From: an uncultured Desulfosarcina sp.
Lineage (GTDB): Bacteria > Desulfobacterota > Desulfobacteria > Desulfobacterales > Desulfosarcinaceae
Direction: 5' to 3'
Assembly (NCBI GenBank): GCA_963674945.2
Contig: CAXXWQ010000003.1
Span: 1,472,001 to 1,536,000 of the forward strand
DNA: 64,000 bases
The notes beneath the pieces are model-generated. The model worked only from the letters and a program-made list of their open reading frames with translations. It did not search any database and was not told the DNA's origin. The position numbers were made by a program, and so were the translations under genes. This document shows positions 1 through 9,511 of this stretch, one piece after another. How positions within the stretch are numbered: the first letter of the stretch is position 1; every line of letters starts with the position of its first letter.

Positions 1-649
1 AACCGGCATTCATTGGGATCGTCTCCACTTTCTGCCGATTGGCGCGCAAGAGGTTTGAAAGGGATGGGTACCGCGGCCGGTTGATGCCGGATTGAACTGC
101 CAGTACGGCCGGCAGCTGGAGTCTCAGTTTCATCCGGCGGCCACTTTCGATCTCCTTTTCAACGACAACGGATCCATGGGCAATGTCCAGCTCCATGCGG
201 ACCACGTGGATCGCACACGGCAAATTCAGGCAGGCCGCCACCCGCGGCCCCACCTGCCCGTTCATTCCATCCTCGGACATGCTGCCGGTCAAGATCAAAT
301 CATAGGCTTTCGACTGCGCATAACGGGCGATACCCGCTGCCACCGATTCCGGCCCCTCTTCGCCGTTTTCCGATGATCGCAGATGAATACCGTTTCGCGC
401 TCCCATGCCGACGGCGCGACGGATAACGTCCAACGCACGGCCCGGACCCGCCGTAACCGCATCCACATGTACCTGCTGGACCGACGAGAATTCCTCCCGG
501 ATTCGAACCGCCGCTTCGACGGCAAACGCATCATACTGATTCATATGAAAGGTGGTCGCCTCGTCCACCATCGCACGCCCGTCGGCCCCTTCGGCAACGG
601 CCAGGGCATCCAGATCCGGTACCTGCTTAACACAGACAAGAATATTCAT
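1..649 (-). CDS. etfB: Electron transfer flavoprotein beta subunit (3' end outside window)
   Basis: Not in the ORF track. Manual translation from ATG at 649: MNILVCVKQVPD...YDLILTGSMSEDGMNGQVGPRVA...PAVLAVQSGINRPRYPSL, which are classic ETF-beta motifs. Confidence 0.9.
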   Translation of the reverse strand, partial: MNILVCVKQVPDLDALAVAEGADGRAMVDEATTFHMNQYDAFAVEAAVRIREEFSSVQQVHVDAVTAGPGRALDVIRRAVGMGARNGIHLRSSENGEEGPESVAAGIARYAQSKAYDLILTGSMSEDGMNGQVGPRVAACLNLPCAIHVVRMELDIAHGSVVVEKEIESGRRMKLRLQLPAVLAVQSGINRPRYPSLSNLLRANRQKVETIPMNAG

Positions 650-751
650 AAGATTCCAAATGGGGTAGTATCGCCTGAATTGAGCGCTTCATCTTTCTTG
701 AACAGGGTTTCAATTGGCAGTCTATTTTCCTGTAGGCCGTCGCCGGCAGGA

Positions 752-815
752 TGTCAATAAAAAACTAACGATCGTTCGTTATTTTGTTGACAGGGGATAG
801 ACGCCCTGCTATCAA
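752..815. promoter_or_regulatory. Back-to-back sigma70 promoters with central palindromic operator TAACGA-N4-TCGTTA (766-781)
   Basis: TTGACA on - at 757-752 and on + at 787-792. The + copy is followed after 17 bp by TG-n-TATCAA (807-815). A perfect 6-bp inverted repeat lies between them. Confidence 0.6.
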
Positions 816-884
816 CATTTGGCAAATGAGCGGGTGTATAAGCGAACAATCCGCATACGCTTTACGATGAGTGGATAAAACGTC

Positions 885-1595
885 ATGAGTGAAATCTATC
901 TGTTCAGGCATGGCCAGGCCTGTTTCGGAACGAAAAATTACGACAGGCTGTCTCCCACCGGCGTTCGTCAGTCTGAACTTCTCGCCAAATTCCTGGAAGG
1001 TAGTGACATCCACTTCGACGCCGTATACGCCGGTCGCATGAATCGACACGAAGAGACCGCACGACCGTTCTGTGACCGGTACGGAACCCGCCATTGTCAA
1101 CTGGCCCGACCGGAATTCACGGCCGCATTCGATGAATATGATTCCAGGGCCCTGCTTGTTGCCCGCAAACGCCGGCAAACCAATGGAGAAGAAGAGCGGA
1201 TCCGGTTAGCCGATCTTATGCGGGATACGAAAGCCTTTCAGGCCTACTTTGCCGAGACCGTTACCCGATGGGCGGAAGGTGAATTCGATGCCATGGAAGG
1301 TATCGAACCGTACCCTTTGTTTTGCAGGCGGGTCATGGACGGCATCGATGGGATCATGGAGAGACACGGCAACGGTCAGCGGATTGCGGTCTTCACCTCC
1401 GGCGGACCGATCTCCGTCGCGGTGAAAACCGCCCTCGTGCTTTCCGATGAGAAAGCAATCGAGGTCAGCTGGCAAATCATGAACGCCTCGCTGACCTGTT
1501 TGAAATACAGCGGACAAAAATTGGCATTGTCGATTCTTAACAGCGTGACGCATCTGTGGAGGGAAAAGGATCCCAGTTTGATCACGTATCGATAA
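885..1595 (+). CDS. Histidine phosphatase (phosphoglycerate mutase) family protein
   Basis: N-terminal LFRHGQA motif, YDRLSPTG, VFTSGG, NASLT. Confidence 0.88.
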   Translation: MSEIYLFRHGQACFGTKNYDRLSPTGVRQSELLAKFLEGSDIHFDAVYAGRMNRHEETARPFCDRYGTRHCQLARPEFTAAFDEYDSRALLVARKRRQTNGEEERIRLADLMRDTKAFQAYFAETVTRWAEGEFDAMEGIEPYPLFCRRVMDGIDGIMERHGNGQRIAVFTSGGPISVAVKTALVLSDEKAIEVSWQIMNASLTCLKYSGQKLALSILNSVTHLWREKDPSLITYR

Positions 1596-1614
1596 GAGCC
1601 TTCAAGGAGAAACA

Positions 1615-2820
1615 ATGGATTTCACCATATCGGAAAAAATGCAGACGATTCTTGGGATGATGGACGAATTCGTCGCAAAGGAGTTGATCCCTTTGGAAAA
1701 GGAATTTCTGGCCGACCGGATGGACGACCTTCTGCCGGTGTTGGAAGAAAAACGGGCCATGGTCAAACAGATGGAGCTGTGGGCGCCGCTTCATCCCCCG
1801 GAGCACGGTGGCATGGGGCTGAAACTTTCCGAAAGTGCCTTGATCTTCGAAGCCCTCGGTCGAACGCCCCTGGGCCTGTATACCTTCGGATGCAACGCGC
1901 CGGACGCCGGTAACATCGAAATCCTGCACCAATTCGCAACCGGGTACCAGGTTGAACAATTTCTCGATCCACTGGTGAGAGGTGAAATCCGAAGCTGCTT
2001 TTCCATGACCGAGGTGGATATGCCCGGTTCCAACCCCGTGATGATGGAAACCACCGCCGTCAAGGACGGAGACGACTATGTCATCGACGGCCACAAGTGG
2101 TATACCACTTCGGCCGACGGGGCGGCATTCGCCATCGTCATGGCCGTCACGGACCCCGCGGCCCCTCCCCATCGGCAGGCCAGCATGATCATCGTTCCCA
2201 CGGACGCCCCCGGTTTCAACCTGGTGCGCAACATCCCCGTCATGGGCCATACCGGTAAGGGGTACTTCAGCCATGCGGAAATTTTGTATCAGCACTGCCG
2301 CGTTCCACAGAAAAACCTGCTCGGCGAGGAGGGCGCCGGTTTTGCCATTGCCCAGAGCCGACTGGGGCCCGGAAGAATTCACCACTGCATGCGCTGGATC
2401 GGCATCTGCAACCGCGCCTTTGATTTACTGTGTGCCCGTGCCCTGGAGCGGACCATCGCGCCGAACCGCAAGCTGTCCAGCAAACAAATCGTCCAGGCAT
2501 GGATCGCCGAAAGTGCCGCCGAAATCCAGGCGGCCCGTCTCATGGTGCTTCACGCCGCCTGGAAAATCGACCAGGTCGGGTCCAAAGCCGCACGAAAAGA
2601 GATCTCCTTGATCAAATTCGTGGTGGCCAACACCATGCAGCGGGTCGTCGATCGCGCCCTCCAGGTGTATGGGGGACTGGGAATGACCGACGATACGATT
2701 CTCGCCTACTTCTACCGTCACGAGCGGGCAGCCCGGATCTACGACGGCGCCGACGAGGTGCACAAGACGTCGGCGGCCAGGCAGATTCTGAAAACGTACG
2801 AAGGCAAAGCGGTAACCTAG
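1615..2820 (+). CDS. Acyl-CoA dehydrogenase, ACAD10/11 (LvaC-like) subfamily
   Basis: Motifs CNAPDAGNIE, FSMTE, RLGPGRIHHCMR and RIYDGADEVH; RBS AAGGAG. Confidence 0.9.
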   Translation: MDFTISEKMQTILGMMDEFVAKELIPLEKEFLADRMDDLLPVLEEKRAMVKQMELWAPLHPPEHGGMGLKLSESALIFEALGRTPLGLYTFGCNAPDAGNIEILHQFATGYQVEQFLDPLVRGEIRSCFSMTEVDMPGSNPVMMETTAVKDGDDYVIDGHKWYTTSADGAAFAIVMAVTDPAAPPHRQASMIIVPTDAPGFNLVRNIPVMGHTGKGYFSHAEILYQHCRVPQKNLLGEEGAGFAIAQSRLGPGRIHHCMRWIGICNRAFDLLCARALERTIAPNRKLSSKQIVQAWIAESAAEIQAARLMVLHAAWKIDQVGSKAARKEISLIKFVVANTMQRVVDRALQVYGGLGMTDDTILAYFYRHERAARIYDGADEVHKTSAARQILKTYEGKAVT

Positions 2821-2836
2821 TGGCAAGGTGCAAACG

Positions 2837-3526
2837 ATGAATTTCTCAAAATTTGCCGAACAGGTCAATGAACGAAAGCAGGACCATTTTTTGGAGCTGT
2901 TTGCCGAAAACCGCCAGTCGTTCCAGATCAAGAAAGAGAAGACCATCGCCAAAAACCTGGAACGGATCTTTGCCGCCACACTGAAAATCAGCAATGAAAA
3001 GGGTTTTCATGCCATGAGCATGCGGGACCTGAGCAAAGAGACCAACCTGAGCACCGGCGCCTTGTATAACTATTTCAGCGGAAAGGAGGATCTGCTGAAA
3101 ATGATGCAGGCCCAGCGGCGTGCCATCACCCACCACTTTCTGATATCACACATCGAGGCTGCGAAAACACCGGTGGAAAAACTGCGAACGGCGGTAACAA
3201 CGCATCTGTATCTGAGTGAAATCATGCAGCCATGGTTTTACTTCTCCTATATGGAAGCCAAAAACCTCTATCCGGAGGAACGAAAAGCCGCCGTTCAGTC
3301 GGAACTGAACTCAGAGAAGATGTTTACGGACATTCTCGAAAAAGGTTGCCGCCAGGGTGTATTCGCGTGCGACGACTGCCAGATGACCGCCAGCCTGATC
3401 AAGGCAATGCTTCAGGACTGGTACCTGAAGCGTCCCAAATACGTCCGCCGAAAAGTCTCCGTGAGTCAGTACAGCCGTTTCGTCATTGCCTTTCTGGAAA
3501 AGAATCTGCTGACAAAGGGAAAATGA
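2837..3526 (+). CDS. TetR/AcrR family transcriptional regulator
   Basis: HTH motif KGFHAMSMRDLSKETNLSTGALYNYFSGKEDLL. Start at ATG 2837 or GTG 2828. Confidence 0.9.
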   Translation: MNFSKFAEQVNERKQDHFLELFAENRQSFQIKKEKTIAKNLERIFAATLKISNEKGFHAMSMRDLSKETNLSTGALYNYFSGKEDLLKMMQAQRRAITHHFLISHIEAAKTPVEKLRTAVTTHLYLSEIMQPWFYFSYMEAKNLYPEERKAAVQSELNSEKMFTDILEKGCRQGVFACDDCQMTASLIKAMLQDWYLKRPKYVRRKVSVSQYSRFVIAFLEKNLLTKGK

Positions 3527-4593
3527 TGGAATACCGTGACCAACCAAAGGCCATAAGAGAGGGAGAAACGCTCCCTGTAGATCGAATCGAAGGCTTTTTG
3601 CAGGACACCATATCGGGGCTCAACGGCAGTCTGATTTTGCAGCAGTTTCCCAGCGGCGCTTCCAACCTCACCTATCTGGCGGCATTCGAGAATCGGCAGA
3701 TGGTTCTTCGTTGCCCACCCCATGGAACAAAGGCGGCATCCGCCCACGATATGGGACGGGAGTTCAAGGTGCTCTCCGCCCTTGGCGGCCACTGGCCCTA
3801 TGCACCACGCCCACTCGCCTACACCGACGACGAATCGATCATCGGATGCCCTTTCTATGTCATGGAACGCATCGAAGGCATTATCCTTAGAAGGGAAATC
3901 CCGGACGGATTATACACGCATTCTTCCCAGCTGCGCACTCTTTTCGAAAAATTCGTAGAAGTATTGTACGAACTTCATTCCCTGGATTACCGGAGAATCG
4001 GCCTTGGCGATCTGGGGCGGCCCGACGGGTATGTACAGCGGCAGGTAGCCGGATGGAGCAAACGATATCGGAAGGCACGCACGCCGGATGTTCCGGATTG
4101 CGAAAGGGTCATGGCCTGGCTCGAGGAGAAGATGCCGCCGGAGACAGAATCGCCGACCATCATCCACAATGACTACAAACTCGACAACATCGTTTTGGAT
4201 GCCAATGATCCATTGAAAATCATCGGTGTCCTGGACTGGGAGATGACGACAATCGGCGATCCGTTGATGGACCTGGGTGGGACCCTGGGATACTGGGTAG
4301 AAAAAGACGATCCCGCGGAGCGACACCTGTTGCGCCCCATGCCGACGCATCTCGACGGCGCGTTGCGTCGAAGGGAGTTTGTCGCGTACTATGGCCGGAT
4401 GTCCGGCCGGCGGATGGACCATTTCGACTTTTATCTCTGCTTTGGCATCTTTCGGCTGATTGTAATCGTTCAACAGATCTACTACCGGTACTATCACGGA
4501 CAGACGAACAATCCCCGCTTTAAAAAATATGCCGCCGGTTTGCCGGTCCTGGAGCGCGCTGCAAGGCGGATCATCGAACGATCCGATCTATAA
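3523..4593 (+). CDS. Aminoglycoside/choline phosphotransferase (APH) family kinase, LvaA/ACAD11-kinase-like
   Basis: Motifs GASNLTY, AHDMGREFKVL, HNDYKLDN, GVLDWEMTTIGDPLMDLG. The start overlaps the TetR stop (ATGA). Confidence 0.9.
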   Translation: MMEYRDQPKAIREGETLPVDRIEGFLQDTISGLNGSLILQQFPSGASNLTYLAAFENRQMVLRCPPHGTKAASAHDMGREFKVLSALGGHWPYAPRPLAYTDDESIIGCPFYVMERIEGIILRREIPDGLYTHSSQLRTLFEKFVEVLYELHSLDYRRIGLGDLGRPDGYVQRQVAGWSKRYRKARTPDVPDCERVMAWLEEKMPPETESPTIIHNDYKLDNIVLDANDPLKIIGVLDWEMTTIGDPLMDLGGTLGYWVEKDDPAERHLLRPMPTHLDGALRRREFVAYYGRMSGRRMDHFDFYLCFGIFRLIVIVQQIYYRYYHGQTNNPRFKKYAAGLPVLERAARRIIERSDL

Positions 4594-4623
4594 TCATCGG
4601 CTTGAGAATAAAAGAATCGCATT

Positions 4624-5496
4624 GTGAGAACTTACAAAATAACGGTCCCCCGGGGAACCTTCAACATTCGTGAAAACGAGAACAAAGACGGCCTGCCCTT
4701 GGTCATGCTGCACGGATGGCCGGAGAGTTCCTACTGCTGGGAGGCGGTCGCTGCATCTCTCGATCCGGCCTTTCGGGTTATCGCGCCCGACTTGCGGGGC
4801 CTGGGCGACAGCGAGCGAACCCTGGATGTCAGGGCCTACCGAAAAGTGGCGCTGGCCAGGGACATCATCAAGGTCCTGGACGCCCTTAGAATCGACACCT
4901 TCTTTCTCGCAGGACACGACTGGGGCGGGATCGTTGCCCAGGAACTGGCCCTGCTGGCACCCCAGCGGGTGAAACGACTGGCGATCATGAACATCCCCGT
5001 GCTCACCAACCCCAAAGGAACGCAAAAGGCGCGCAAGATCATATTCGACAATGGCGGCATCCCCTTCTGGTATCAATATTTCCAGCAGCAACCCGTGTTG
5101 CCCGAAGCCATGATCAAAGGCAACGAAGAGGTCTGGATCCGCTATTTTTTCGGCAGAGCCGGCCTGGAGGGAAAAATCCCGGCCGAGGCCATCGCCGAAT
5201 ATATCCGGTGCTACAGCATCGAAAACACCCCTGCCACCGGTGCCTCTTACTACCGCACCATGGGACGGGACAACCGACACTGGGCCACCATTGCCCAAAA
5301 GAAATTTCCCATGCCCGGCCTGTATATCCACGGCATGGAGGATATCGTTATCATCCCGGCCTTCATGGACCACATCGAAGAGGGTTTCGATTCCATCCAG
5401 GTGGCGACCATCGACGCCGGCCATTTCGTTCAGGAGGAAAAGCCCCGGGAAGTGGCGATGCTGCTGAACGATTTCTTCATGAAGGAGAAGCGTTGA
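4624..5496 (+). CDS. Alpha/beta hydrolase, epoxide hydrolase/haloalkane dehalogenase-like
   Basis: HGWPE, APDLRGLGDS, GHDWGG nucleophile motif, AGHFVQEE. Confidence 0.88.
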   Translation: MRTYKITVPRGTFNIRENENKDGLPLVMLHGWPESSYCWEAVAASLDPAFRVIAPDLRGLGDSERTLDVRAYRKVALARDIIKVLDALRIDTFFLAGHDWGGIVAQELALLAPQRVKRLAIMNIPVLTNPKGTQKARKIIFDNGGIPFWYQYFQQQPVLPEAMIKGNEEVWIRYFFGRAGLEGKIPAEAIAEYIRCYSIENTPATGASYYRTMGRDNRHWATIAQKKFPMPGLYIHGMEDIVIIPAFMDHIEEGFDSIQVATIDAGHFVQEEKPREVAMLLNDFFMKEKR

Positions 5497-5605
5497 TAGG
5501 ATTGGCACCCGACGCAACGGGGGTCCGTTCACATTGCTTTCATCGGCGGCAGAGAACAACGAAAAGCCGTTTGTCATAGGAAACCTGCTCAAATTCGAAT
5601 CCGAT

Positions 5606-5692
5606 GTCGCCTCGATCCACCAATTACAATATAAGGATCGAGCCGAAGGCGAATACCTGATTCTGGATTCTGGCTTCTGACTCCTGGATTCT
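5606..5692. repeat. Partial copy of a heptamer-armed REP-like element
   Basis: GAGCCGAAGGCGAA followed by heptamers TTCTGGA TTCTGGC TTCTGAC TCCTGGA; matches the right half of the element at 28912-29036. Confidence 0.65.
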
Positions 5693-5779
5693 TGCAACAA
5701 GCATACGACAGCACAAATATACGCTGACTGGTCCAGAGGACTCGATTTTCCATACCTCAACAAAAAACTGGAGGACAAC

Positions 5780-6961
5780 ATGGCAAAACCCGTTTTGCGT
5801 ACACCCCTTTGCGACATGCTCGGCATCGAATATCCCATCCTCAGTGCTGGAATGGGACCTACGCTGATTGGCGAAAAAGCCGGTGCGCCGGTGGAACTCG
5901 TGGTGGCGGTTTCCGAAGCCGGCGGCCTGGGGGTTCTGGGCGGCAGCGGTTTCACGGTGGATGAACTTCGTGACGCCATCCGGGAAATCAAGGCCCAGAC
6001 CGACAAACCCTATGGTGTCGATTTACTTCTTCCCAAATTCGTCGATACGGGCGGCACAGGCGGCCAGGTCGATGAAATACCATTAAGTGAGGTGTTGAAA
6101 ACCCTGCCGCAGTCCCATCAGGACTGGATCAATAAGGTGAAGGAAGAGATGGGGCTGCCCGATGCGAAAGTGATGGTTCGCCGGAACACTACGGTAAGGC
6201 GGCCCAAGGAGTCGGTACAGGTCTGCCTGGAAGAACGTGTGCCGCTATTTTGCGCGGGCCTGGGCAACCCCGGATTCATGGTGGCCGATGCCCACGACAG
6301 GGGCATGAAAGTATTGGGCATCACCGGAAACGCAAAGAATGCCAGACGCATGGCCGACTCGGGCATTGACCTTCTCGTGGCCCAGGGGCACGAAGGCGGT
6401 GGTCACACCGGCCGCATCGGCACCATGGCCCTTCTGCCCGCGGCCATCGATGCCGCCGCACCGGTTCCCGTGCTGGCCGCCGGGGGCATCGGCGACGGCC
6501 GCGGTGTCGCGGCCTCCTTGGCCATGGGATGCATCGGCGTATGGGTCGGCACCCGTTTTCTGGCCACCGACGAGGGTGGCGCACTTCCCGTCAACAAGCA
6601 GCGCATCATCTCCTCCAATGATGAAGACACACGGGTCAGCACGGCCTATACCGGAAAAACCCTGCGTGCCAGCTACAACAAGTACCATGATCTGTGGGCC
6701 GAATCCGGCCTGGATCCCCTGCCCTTTCCCACCCAGGTGATGATCTCTTCGGCCCTGCTCGCGGCCTTTGTGGAGGCGAACAAGGACGACTACGTGGGCG
6801 GCCTGGCTGGTCAGGTATCGGGGATCATCCACGAGATCAAACCGGCGAAAACCGTAGTGGAAGAAATGGTGGCGGAGACGGTGGACATTCTCTCCCGCAA
6901 GTTGCCGGAAACAGTGAGACTTAAATCCGGCGACCCGACCCTTGACAATAGAACAATATGA
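5780..6961 (+). CDS. Nitronate monooxygenase / FabK-like flavin oxidoreductase
   Basis: LGIEYPILSAGMG, AVSEAGGLG, QGHEGGGHTG, AAGGIGDGRG, GVWVGTRF; RBS GGAGG. Confidence 0.9.
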   Translation: MAKPVLRTPLCDMLGIEYPILSAGMGPTLIGEKAGAPVELVVAVSEAGGLGVLGGSGFTVDELRDAIREIKAQTDKPYGVDLLLPKFVDTGGTGGQVDEIPLSEVLKTLPQSHQDWINKVKEEMGLPDAKVMVRRNTTVRRPKESVQVCLEERVPLFCAGLGNPGFMVADAHDRGMKVLGITGNAKNARRMADSGIDLLVAQGHEGGGHTGRIGTMALLPAAIDAAAPVPVLAAGGIGDGRGVAASLAMGCIGVWVGTRFLATDEGGALPVNKQRIISSNDEDTRVSTAYTGKTLRASYNKYHDLWAESGLDPLPFPTQVMISSALLAAFVEANKDDYVGGLAGQVSGIIHEIKPAKTVVEEMVAETVDILSRKLPETVRLKSGDPTLDNRTI

Positions 6962-6984
6962 TGTATATGTGTGATGTATACATC
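6942..6984 (+). promoter_or_regulatory. vapBC promoter and operator
   Basis: TTGACA at 6942-6947; GATGTATA direct repeat (6960, 6973); perfect palindrome GATGTATACATC at 6973-6984. Confidence 0.6.
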
Positions 6985-7002
6985 TAAATCATGAGGTGCT
7001 GT

Positions 7003-7233
7003 ATGATACGAACCCAAATCTATCTTACTGATAAGCAGCGCGCGGAACTTGCCGTAATTGCAAAAAATATGGGGAAAAAGCAAAGTGAAATCATTCGTGA
7101 AGCGATAGATCGTCTTATTGAGCAAACCGGGCAAAACCAAAAAAAAAGGGTGTTGCGAGAAGCTGCTGGAATCTGGAAAAATAGAGACGATCTTCCTGAT
7201 TTCAGATCAATACGATCTGAATGGGATAGGTAG
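7003..7233 (+). CDS. vapB: CopG/ribbon-helix-helix antitoxin
   Basis: MIRTQIYLT...SEIIREAIDR RHH pattern, AAGIWK tail; RBS GAGGTG; directly upstream of a PIN toxin. Confidence 0.8.
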   Translation: MIRTQIYLTDKQRAELAVIAKNMGKKQSEIIREAIDRLIEQTGQNQKKRVLREAAGIWKNRDDLPDFRSIRSEWDR

Positions 7234-7238
7234 TTGGC

Positions 7239-7622
7239 ATGTCGAACGCGATACTTGTAGATACCGACGTATTGATTGATTTTTTGCGTGGCAACGATAA
7301 AGCCATTGCTTTTATAGATGAACTTTCTCCTCATATTATCCTTTCTCCAATAGTTATCGCTGAATTGTATGCAGCTGTGAAGGGAGTCGATGAATTGTCG
7401 GTATTAGACAATTTTGTCTCCCTTTTTCCCACGGCCCCAATAAATTCTGAGATTGCAAAAGCTGGAGGGCTATACAAACGTGATTTTGGCAAATCTCATG
7501 GAGTTGGACTGGCGGATGCAATTTTAGCTGCTACAGCCGATAAAGAAAATGCGGAATTAAAGACCCTGAAGGTAAAGCATTATCCTATGATTAAGGGATT
7601 AAAGCCAGCCTATAAAAAGTGA
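7239..7622 (+). CDS. vapC: PIN-domain toxin
   Basis: ILVDTDVLIDFLR, AELY, LADAILAATA, KHYPM. Confidence 0.9.
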   Translation: MSNAILVDTDVLIDFLRGNDKAIAFIDELSPHIILSPIVIAELYAAVKGVDELSVLDNFVSLFPTAPINSEIAKAGGLYKRDFGKSHGVGLADAILAATADKENAELKTLKVKHYPMIKGLKPAYKK

Positions 7623-7727
7623 GAAACAAAATGCAGTATTTTATGGAAGCATCTGCTTTCGTTAATTTCATAACCGTTTTGAAAATTTTCCGGTTTTTTT
7701 GCCCGGCTGGTGAAGCACACGTTCGAT

Positions 7728-9290
7728 TCAATACACAGGAAAAGCGTTGATGAACGAAATAAAAACAATCGATTTCCCAAAACGAATACCCAGTTTTTTC
7801 ATCCGATTTCTCAGCGTGCTTGGATTGATACCAAGGCAGGCGGCCGCTCCCTCCGGCCCGCTTACTCTTCCCCCGGTCTTTGACAGTATCCGGCGGATGT
7901 GCCCGGCAATGACATCATCGAGGTTGTCGGATGACGCCACGTGTCCCGCTGAGGCCGTCGCCCCCCGTACTGGACCAATACTGAAATGTGCGGGCGCCAA
8001 TGGTCCTGTCGGTTTGAGGATCAGGGCGCGTTCGATTACGTTCTGGAGTTCCCGCACGTTGCCCGGCCATTCGTATTCCATCATGAAGGCGGTTGTCCCC
8101 GGCACCAGGGTCGGGACCGTTGCCAGTTTCAGCTCCCTGGCCTTGAGGTTGATAAAGTGCTGAACCAAGGTCGGTATATCGGCCAGCCGTTCCCGCAAGG
8201 GGGGGATATAGATGGGAAACACATTGAGCCGGAACAACAGATCTTTGCGAAACAGGTTGTTTTGCACCATCTCGTCAAGGTTGCGGTTGGTGGCGGCGAT
8301 GATGCGAATATCCAAAGGGATGGTCTTGGCCCCGCCGACCCGCTCGATTTCCCTGGTTTGAAGAACGCGCAACAGCCGCACCTGGGCCGGTAGCGGCAGT
8401 TCCCCGATTTCATCCAGAAAAATCGTTCCCTGGTTGGCCCGTTCAAAACGGCCTCGTTTCTGGGAGAGGGCGCCGGTGAAAGCGCCCTTTTCGTGACCGA
8501 AAAGCTCGCTGTCCATGAGCGTGTCGGGGATGGCACCGCAATTGACGCCGACAAAGGGACCGCCGCTGCGGGTAGATGAGTAGTGGAGGGCATTGGCAAT
8601 GACGTCTTTGCCTGTACCGGTTTCCCCCAAGAGCAATACCGGGCTGTCCAGCGAGGCGACCTTCCGCACCTTTTGCATCACCTCCCGCAGCCCGTAGTTG
8701 GCTCCGACAATCTCGTCTCCGCTCAACCGACGCAGTTCCCCGTGCAGATATTGGTTATCATCGGCCAGTAGTTCGTTTAATCTGAGTACTTCCCGGTGTT
8801 TCAGCGTATTGGACATGGCGATGACCAGCGGGTCTTTCAGCTGCAATGCCATATCGAGGTGCCCTTCATTGAAACCTTCTGCTTTTTCGGTGGTAAAAAT
8901 CAGATACCCCAAGGTGTGTTTCTGGGATCTGAGCACCAGTACAATGATGGATGTGGTTTTCTGGTTGTGAAATTTGGACATTTCCTTGCTGACCGAGAAC
9001 GCTTGGGGATCGTCGATCAAATAGACATCCTTCTCCGGAGGCGGATTGCCGGCCCTTTTTCTAGCCTTTTCGGACAAGGGAGTCAGGATATCCAACTTCA
9101 CACATTCGGATTCATCGGCATAGGCGATTGTCCGCATGGACTCGTAATCCGTATCGTAGTACTGCAGATAAAGCTTTTCTACCGGCATGACATCCTTCAA
9201 AAGGATCAGTAGACGCTGCAAAGCCTCTTCGATCTCCAAGCTGCCGCAGATCCGCAGAATTGCCTGCCGAAAAAAATCATTGGGATCCAT
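7728..9290 (-). CDS. Sigma54-dependent activator (GAF-AAA+-Fis HTH, FhlA-like)
   Basis: GETGTGKD, ELFGHEKGAFTGA, FLDEIGEL, WPGNVRELQN, LGINPSTLRNRMKKLG. Start placed at 9290 behind a GGAGG RBS. Confidence 0.92.
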   Translation of the reverse strand: MDPNDFFRQAILRICGSLEIEEALQRLLILLKDVMPVEKLYLQYYDTDYESMRTIAYADESECVKLDILTPLSEKARKRAGNPPPEKDVYLIDDPQAFSVSKEMSKFHNQKTTSIIVLVLRSQKHTLGYLIFTTEKAEGFNEGHLDMALQLKDPLVIAMSNTLKHREVLRLNELLADDNQYLHGELRRLSGDEIVGANYGLREVMQKVRKVASLDSPVLLLGETGTGKDVIANALHYSSTRSGGPFVGVNCGAIPDTLMDSELFGHEKGAFTGALSQKRGRFERANQGTIFLDEIGELPLPAQVRLLRVLQTREIERVGGAKTIPLDIRIIAATNRNLDEMVQNNLFRKDLLFRLNVFPIYIPPLRERLADIPTLVQHFINLKARELKLATVPTLVPGTTAFMMEYEWPGNVRELQNVIERALILKPTGPLAPAHFSIGPVRGATASAGHVASSDNLDDVIAGHIRRILSKTGGRVSGPEGAAACLGINPSTLRNRMKKLGIRFGKSIVFISFINAFPVY

Positions 9291-9311
9291 TGGATTTCCC
9301 TCCAGGCGGAT

Positions 9312-9446
9312 TTTGCCATATACGGCAAACAATACAAAAGTTATCGTATTTGGCAATGAAAATTTGCCATATCCGGCAATTGTTTGCCCGCCATTTTGTT
9401 AACATTCTAATATTAATACCAATTCATTTTTGGCACGGTATTCGTA
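9312..9446 (+). promoter_or_regulatory. Enhancer palindromes TTGCC-N6-GGCAA and a sigma54 -24/-12 promoter
   Basis: TTTGCCATATACGGCAAA (9312-9329), TTGCCATATCCGGCAA (9364-9379), TGGCACGGTATTCGT (9431-9445, GG-N10-GT variant). Confidence 0.7.
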
Positions 9447-9511
9447 GAATGAATGACGACGGTCTAATTCAATGGATGAAATGGCAACAGAAAAATTTGT
9501 TGGGATTCATC

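Noticed and set aside
3232..3522. N-terminal extension of the APH kinase in the ORF track
   Set aside because: Overlaps the TetR gene; the ATGA-coupled start at 3523 is more plausible.
4594..6006. 470-aa minus-strand ORF
   Set aside because: Antisense shadow of the hydrolase and flavoenzyme genes crossing a repeat; no recognisable motifs.
9260..9511. Upstream part of ORF 9260-9778 and the 9356 start of the activator
   Set aside because: Runs through enhancer and promoter elements; RBS and promoter positions favour starts at 9290 (-) and 9512 (+).
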